DNA of 64,000 bases from Mobula hypostoma (lineage: Eukaryota): positions 207,454,001-207,518,000 of the forward strand of contig NC_086097.1 in assembly GCF_963921235.1 (NCBI RefSeq), in the 5' to 3' direction. Below are positions 60,365 to 64,000 of the stretch, piece by piece. The position numbers and the translations under genes are program-made. How positions within the stretch are numbered: position 1 is the stretch's first letter; every line of letters starts with the position of its first letter. The notes under the pieces were generated by a model. That model did no database searches and was not told the origin of the DNA. It worked only from the letters and a program-made list of their open reading frames with translations.

Positions 60365-60905
60365 TCCGTCCTCCACAACAGACAGGATCTCCCAGTAGCC
60401 ACCCACTTCAACTCTGCTTCCCACTCCCATTCAGATATGTCCATACGTGGCCTCCTCTACTGCCATGATGAAGCTAATCTCAGGCTGGAGGATCAACACC
60501 TCATATACTGTCCAGATAGTCCCCTTGGTATGAACATAGAATTCTCCAACTTCCGGTAATTCCCTCCCCCTCCCTTCCTCATTCCCTATGTCACTCCGCC
60601 CCCTCCCCCAGCTGCCTATCACCTCCCTCGTAGTTCCGCCTCCTTCTACTACCCATTATGTTTTCCCCTATTCCTTCTTCACCTTTCCTGCCTATCACCT
60701 CCCTCCCCCACTCCTTTATCTTTCCCCTTACTGGTTTTTCACCTGGAACCTACCAGCCTTCTCCTTTCCACCCTCCCCCCACCTTCTTTATAGGGCCTCT
60801 GGCCCCTCCCCCTACAGTCCTGATGAAGGGTTCCGGCCCGAAACGTCGACCGATCTCTTCCACGGATGCTGCCCGACCTGCTGAGTTCCTCCAGTGTGTT
60901 GTGCG
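60365..60905 (+). mobile_element. Penelope 3' end
   Basis: GIY-YIG C-terminus homologous to 920-1105, then pyrimidine-rich UTR and terminal repeat. Confidence 0.85.
60815..60852 (+). ncRNA. Minimal hammerhead ribozyme motif
   Basis: CAGTC-CTGATGA-AGGGTTCCGGCCC-GAAAC-GTC-GACCG. Confidence 0.72.
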
Positions 60906-61104
60906 TTTCCCTGATTACTACGTCTGCGGGAGGTGCATCTAACTTCAGCTCCTGAATGACAAAGTCAAGGAAGTAAAGCTGGAGCTGGACGTACTCACGG
61001 TCATCCAGGAGGCCGAAAACCTCAGAAATGAAGCTGTTACCAAGGTGGCCACACCCCAGAGCAGGCTTCAGATAGTAAATGAGTGACTGGGCAATCGAGG
61101 TCAG

Positions 61105-63440
61105 GTGACCAAGCAGTTTGAAAAGCTCAAACAAATAAATAGAGGGGTAGCTCAAGTGGAGCAGCCTGTGGAAAGCGGCCAGTGAGTGAGTGGAGCTTTG
61201 AGGCTTTGACTCGAGAGGCTTCGACGAGAAGAGGCGGAGGATGAGCTTATTCCCAGTTAGTCTTTACAATGCCTCCTGAGACGGTGATGTACGTCTCATG
61301 TGAGATGTGGCAGTCTTGGGGGAACTCCCCTCCCCGCAGAGTCACATCTGCCAGAAGTGCATGCGGCTGGGCAATCTGGAAGACCGTGTAAGAAATCTGC
61401 AGCAGCAGCTGGATGACCTTCCACTCATAAGGGAGAATGAGGCAGTCATAGATGAGAGCTACAGGGAGGTAGTCACACCTAGGCTGTCGGAAGCAGGTTG
61501 TTGGGTGACAGTCAGAGGGGGGAAAGCGAAGGTGAGCAGACAGGTAGTGCAGAGCACCCCTGTAGCCATTCCCCCGAATAATAAGTTTACAGTTATACAG
61601 TTGGCAGGGATGACCAACCAGGTGTGAGCCACGGTGTCAGGACCTCTGGCACTGTGTCTGACCCTGCGGTGCAGAAGGGTGGGACGGAGAAGAGGAGAGC
61701 TGTCGTCATTGGAGACTCTATAGTCAGGGGAGCAGACAGGAGATTTTGTGGACGTGAGAAGGACACCCGCATAGCTTGTTGCCTTCCAGGTGCCAGGGTC
61801 CAGGATGTCTCTGACCGGGTGCATGACGTCCTGGTACGAGAGGGAAAGCAACCAGAAGTCGTGATACATTTTGGTACCAATGACATAGGCAGGAAGAGGG
61901 ATGAGGTCCTGAAGTGTGAGTTTTGGGAACTAGGCAGAAGGCTGAAGAGCAGGACCTCAAGGGTGGCGCTATCAGGATTGCTGCCAGTGCTACGTGATAG
62001 TGATGGTAAGGACTGGAGGAGCTGGCAGTTGAATGCGTGGCTGAGGAGTTGGTGCAGGGAGCAGGGTTTTAGATTTTTGGACCATTGGGATCTATTCTGG
62101 GGAAGGTGGGACCTGTACAGATTGGATGGGTTGCACCTGAACTCTAGGGGGAGCAATATCCTTGCAGGTAGGTTTGCTAGCTTGGTTCGGGAGGGTTTAA
62201 ACTAATTTGCAAGGGTGATGGGACCCGGAGCGATAGAGCAGTGAAAGAAGTGCATGGAGTAAAGCCAGATCTAACATACAGAGAGGCTTTGAGGAAAGAG
62301 AAACAGAATGAAGGGAGTAAAGGTAATAAGGTAGAAGGGCTAAAGTGCTTGTACTTCAATGCAAGAAGCATCAGGAACAAAGGTGATGAACTGAGAGCTT
62401 GGATACATACATGAAATTATGATGTAGTGGCCATTACAGAGACTTGGCTGGCACCAGGGCAGGAATGGATTCTCAATATTCCTGGATTTCAGTGCTTTAA
62501 AAGGGATAGAGAAGCAGGGGAAAGGGGAGGAGGGGTGGCATTACTGGTCAGAGATACTATTACAGCTACAGAAAGGGTGGGTAATGTAGCAGGATCCTCT
62601 TTTGAGTCAGTATGGGTGGAAGTCAGGAACAGGAAAGGAGCAGTTACTGTATTGGGAGTATTCTATAGGCCCCCTGGTAGCAGCAGAGATACCGAGGAGC
62701 AGATTGGGAGGCAGATTTTGGAAAGGTGCAAAAATAACAGGGTTGTTATCATGGGTGACTTTAACTTCCCTAATATTGATTGGCACCTGATTAGTTCCAA
62801 TGGTTTAGATGGGGCAGAGTTTGTTAACTGTGTCCAGGACGGGTTCCTGTCACAGTATGTTGACAGGCCAACTCGGGGGAATGCCATACTAGATCTAGTA
62901 TTAGGTAACAAACCGCATCAGGTTACAGATCTCTCAGTGGGTGAGCATCTGGGGACAATGACAACTGATCTCTGGCCTTTAGCATTATCATGGAAAAGGA
63001 TAGAATCAGAGAGGACAGGAAAATTTTTAACCAGGGAAGGGCAAATTATAAGGCTATAAGGCTAGAAAGAGGATGAGAGGAGGCATGATAGAGGGTACAA
63101 GATACTAAGAGGAATAGGTAGAGTGGACAGCCAGCGCCTCTTCTCCAGGGCACCACTGCTCAATACAGGAGGACATGGCTTTAAGGTAAGGGGTGGGAAG
63201 TTCAAGGGGGATATTAGAGGAAGGTTTTTTACTCAGAGAGTGGTTGGTGCATGGAATGCACTGCCTGAGTCAGTGGTGGAGGCATATACACTAGTGAAGT
63301 TTAAGAGACTACTAGACAGGTATGTGGAGGAATTTAAGGTGGGGGGTTATATGGGAGGCAGGGTTTGAGGGTCGGCACAACATTGTGGGCTGAAGGGCCT
63401 GTACTGTGCTGTACTATTCTATGTCTATGTTTATGTCTAC
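61105..63440 (+). mobile_element. CR1 with 5' UTR, ORF1, endonuclease and 3' end, with RT deleted
   Basis: ORF1 zinc finger (HICQKC) and esterase, APE (AITETWL...GGGVALLV...IMGDFN...RGNAILDLVL), then an abrupt join at ~63065 to the 3' end and (CTATGT)n tail. Confidence 0.88.
61624..62205 (+). CDS. CR1 ORF1 SGNH esterase domain (frameshifted from its N-terminus)
   Basis: VIGDSIVRG, CLPGARVQD, HFGTNDIG and DGLHLN blocks all present. Confidence 0.8.
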   Translation: MSHGVRTSGTVSDPAVQKGGTEKRRAVVIGDSIVRGADRRFCGREKDTRIACCLPGARVQDVSDRVHDVLVREGKQPEVVIHFGTNDIGRKRDEVLKCEFWELGRRLKSRTSRVALSGLLPVLRDSDGKDWRSWQLNAWLRSWCREQGFRFLDHWDLFWGRWDLYRLDGLHLNSRGSNILAGRFASLVREGLN

Positions 63441-63444
63441 GACC

Positions 63445-64000
63445 ATTAGGGGAAGCGAGGAGAGCAAGGAGCATTTAAGTGCTTCAAGTATTATGGGTAA
63501 GGATTATGAATTTAGAGCATGGATCATTACATGGAACTATGATTTTGTGGCCATTACAGAGACTTGATTGAGACAAGAATGGGAGCTTAATATCAGTGTT
63601 TCATTTTTTTACAAAAGTTAGTGAGGTAGGAAAAAAGTTGGAGGGGCAGAGGATGAAGCTGCACTACTAATCAGGGACAATATCACAACTGCACTCAGAG
63701 AGCTCGTCCACTGAGTCTGTCTGGGTAGAACTCAAAAATAGGAAAGGTGCAATCACTCTGATGGGATTGTATTACAGACCCACCCCCCACCCACCCTCCA
63801 ATAGCCACCAGGACATTGAGCAACAGATATGCAAGCAGATTTAGGAAATATATAAAAACAATAAGGTTGGGGGACTTCAACTTCCCTAATATAAACTGGA
63901 AGCTTCAGAATGCAAGACATTTCAATGGGGCAGAATTTGTTAGGTGCACTCAGGAGGCTTTGTTAAATCTATATGTAGATAGTCCAACAACAGGAGGGGC
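63445..64000 (+). mobile_element. Older CR1 endonuclease fragment
   Basis: GTGGCCATTACAGAGACTTG, GGGTAGAACTCAAAAATAGGAAAGG and GGGGACTTCAACTTCCC parallel 62427-62780. Confidence 0.8.

Noticed and set aside
61624..62205. Host or horizontally acquired GDSL/SGNH lipase
   Set aside because: Standard CR1 ORF1 esterase located between the zinc finger and ORF2 endonuclease

Overview
Eukaryotic DNA made almost entirely of layered transposable elements. The repeat profile is dense CR1 and Rex1/L2-type LINEs, Penelope-like elements, Gypsy and BEL LTR elements, Tc1, Tigger and hAT. This suggests a vertebrate, probably a cartilaginous fish (inference). The only clear host feature is a CpG-rich promoter at ~12.3-12.9 kb. 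It has a probable minus-strand first exon (MSSRVGS..., gene not identified) and a possible divergent plus-strand exon. Most ORFs in the track are decayed TE fragments or artefacts. Notable items: (1) minimal hammerhead ribozymes in Penelope terminal repeats, several in inverted arrangements; (2) a young, internally deleted Gmr1-type (SCAN-gag, PR-IN-RT order) LTR element whose ~900-codon frame has one TAG; (3) a ~46-copy 34-bp minisatellite inside a Gypsy pol tail; (4) LINEs that keep both ends but lack RT; (5) a composite hAT MITE and a 12-kb nested insertion stack. I did not find a convincing wholly new biological system. The findings are variants of known TE biology. Boundaries without a stated TSD/TIR are approximate, and all family calls come from motif recognition, not database searches.
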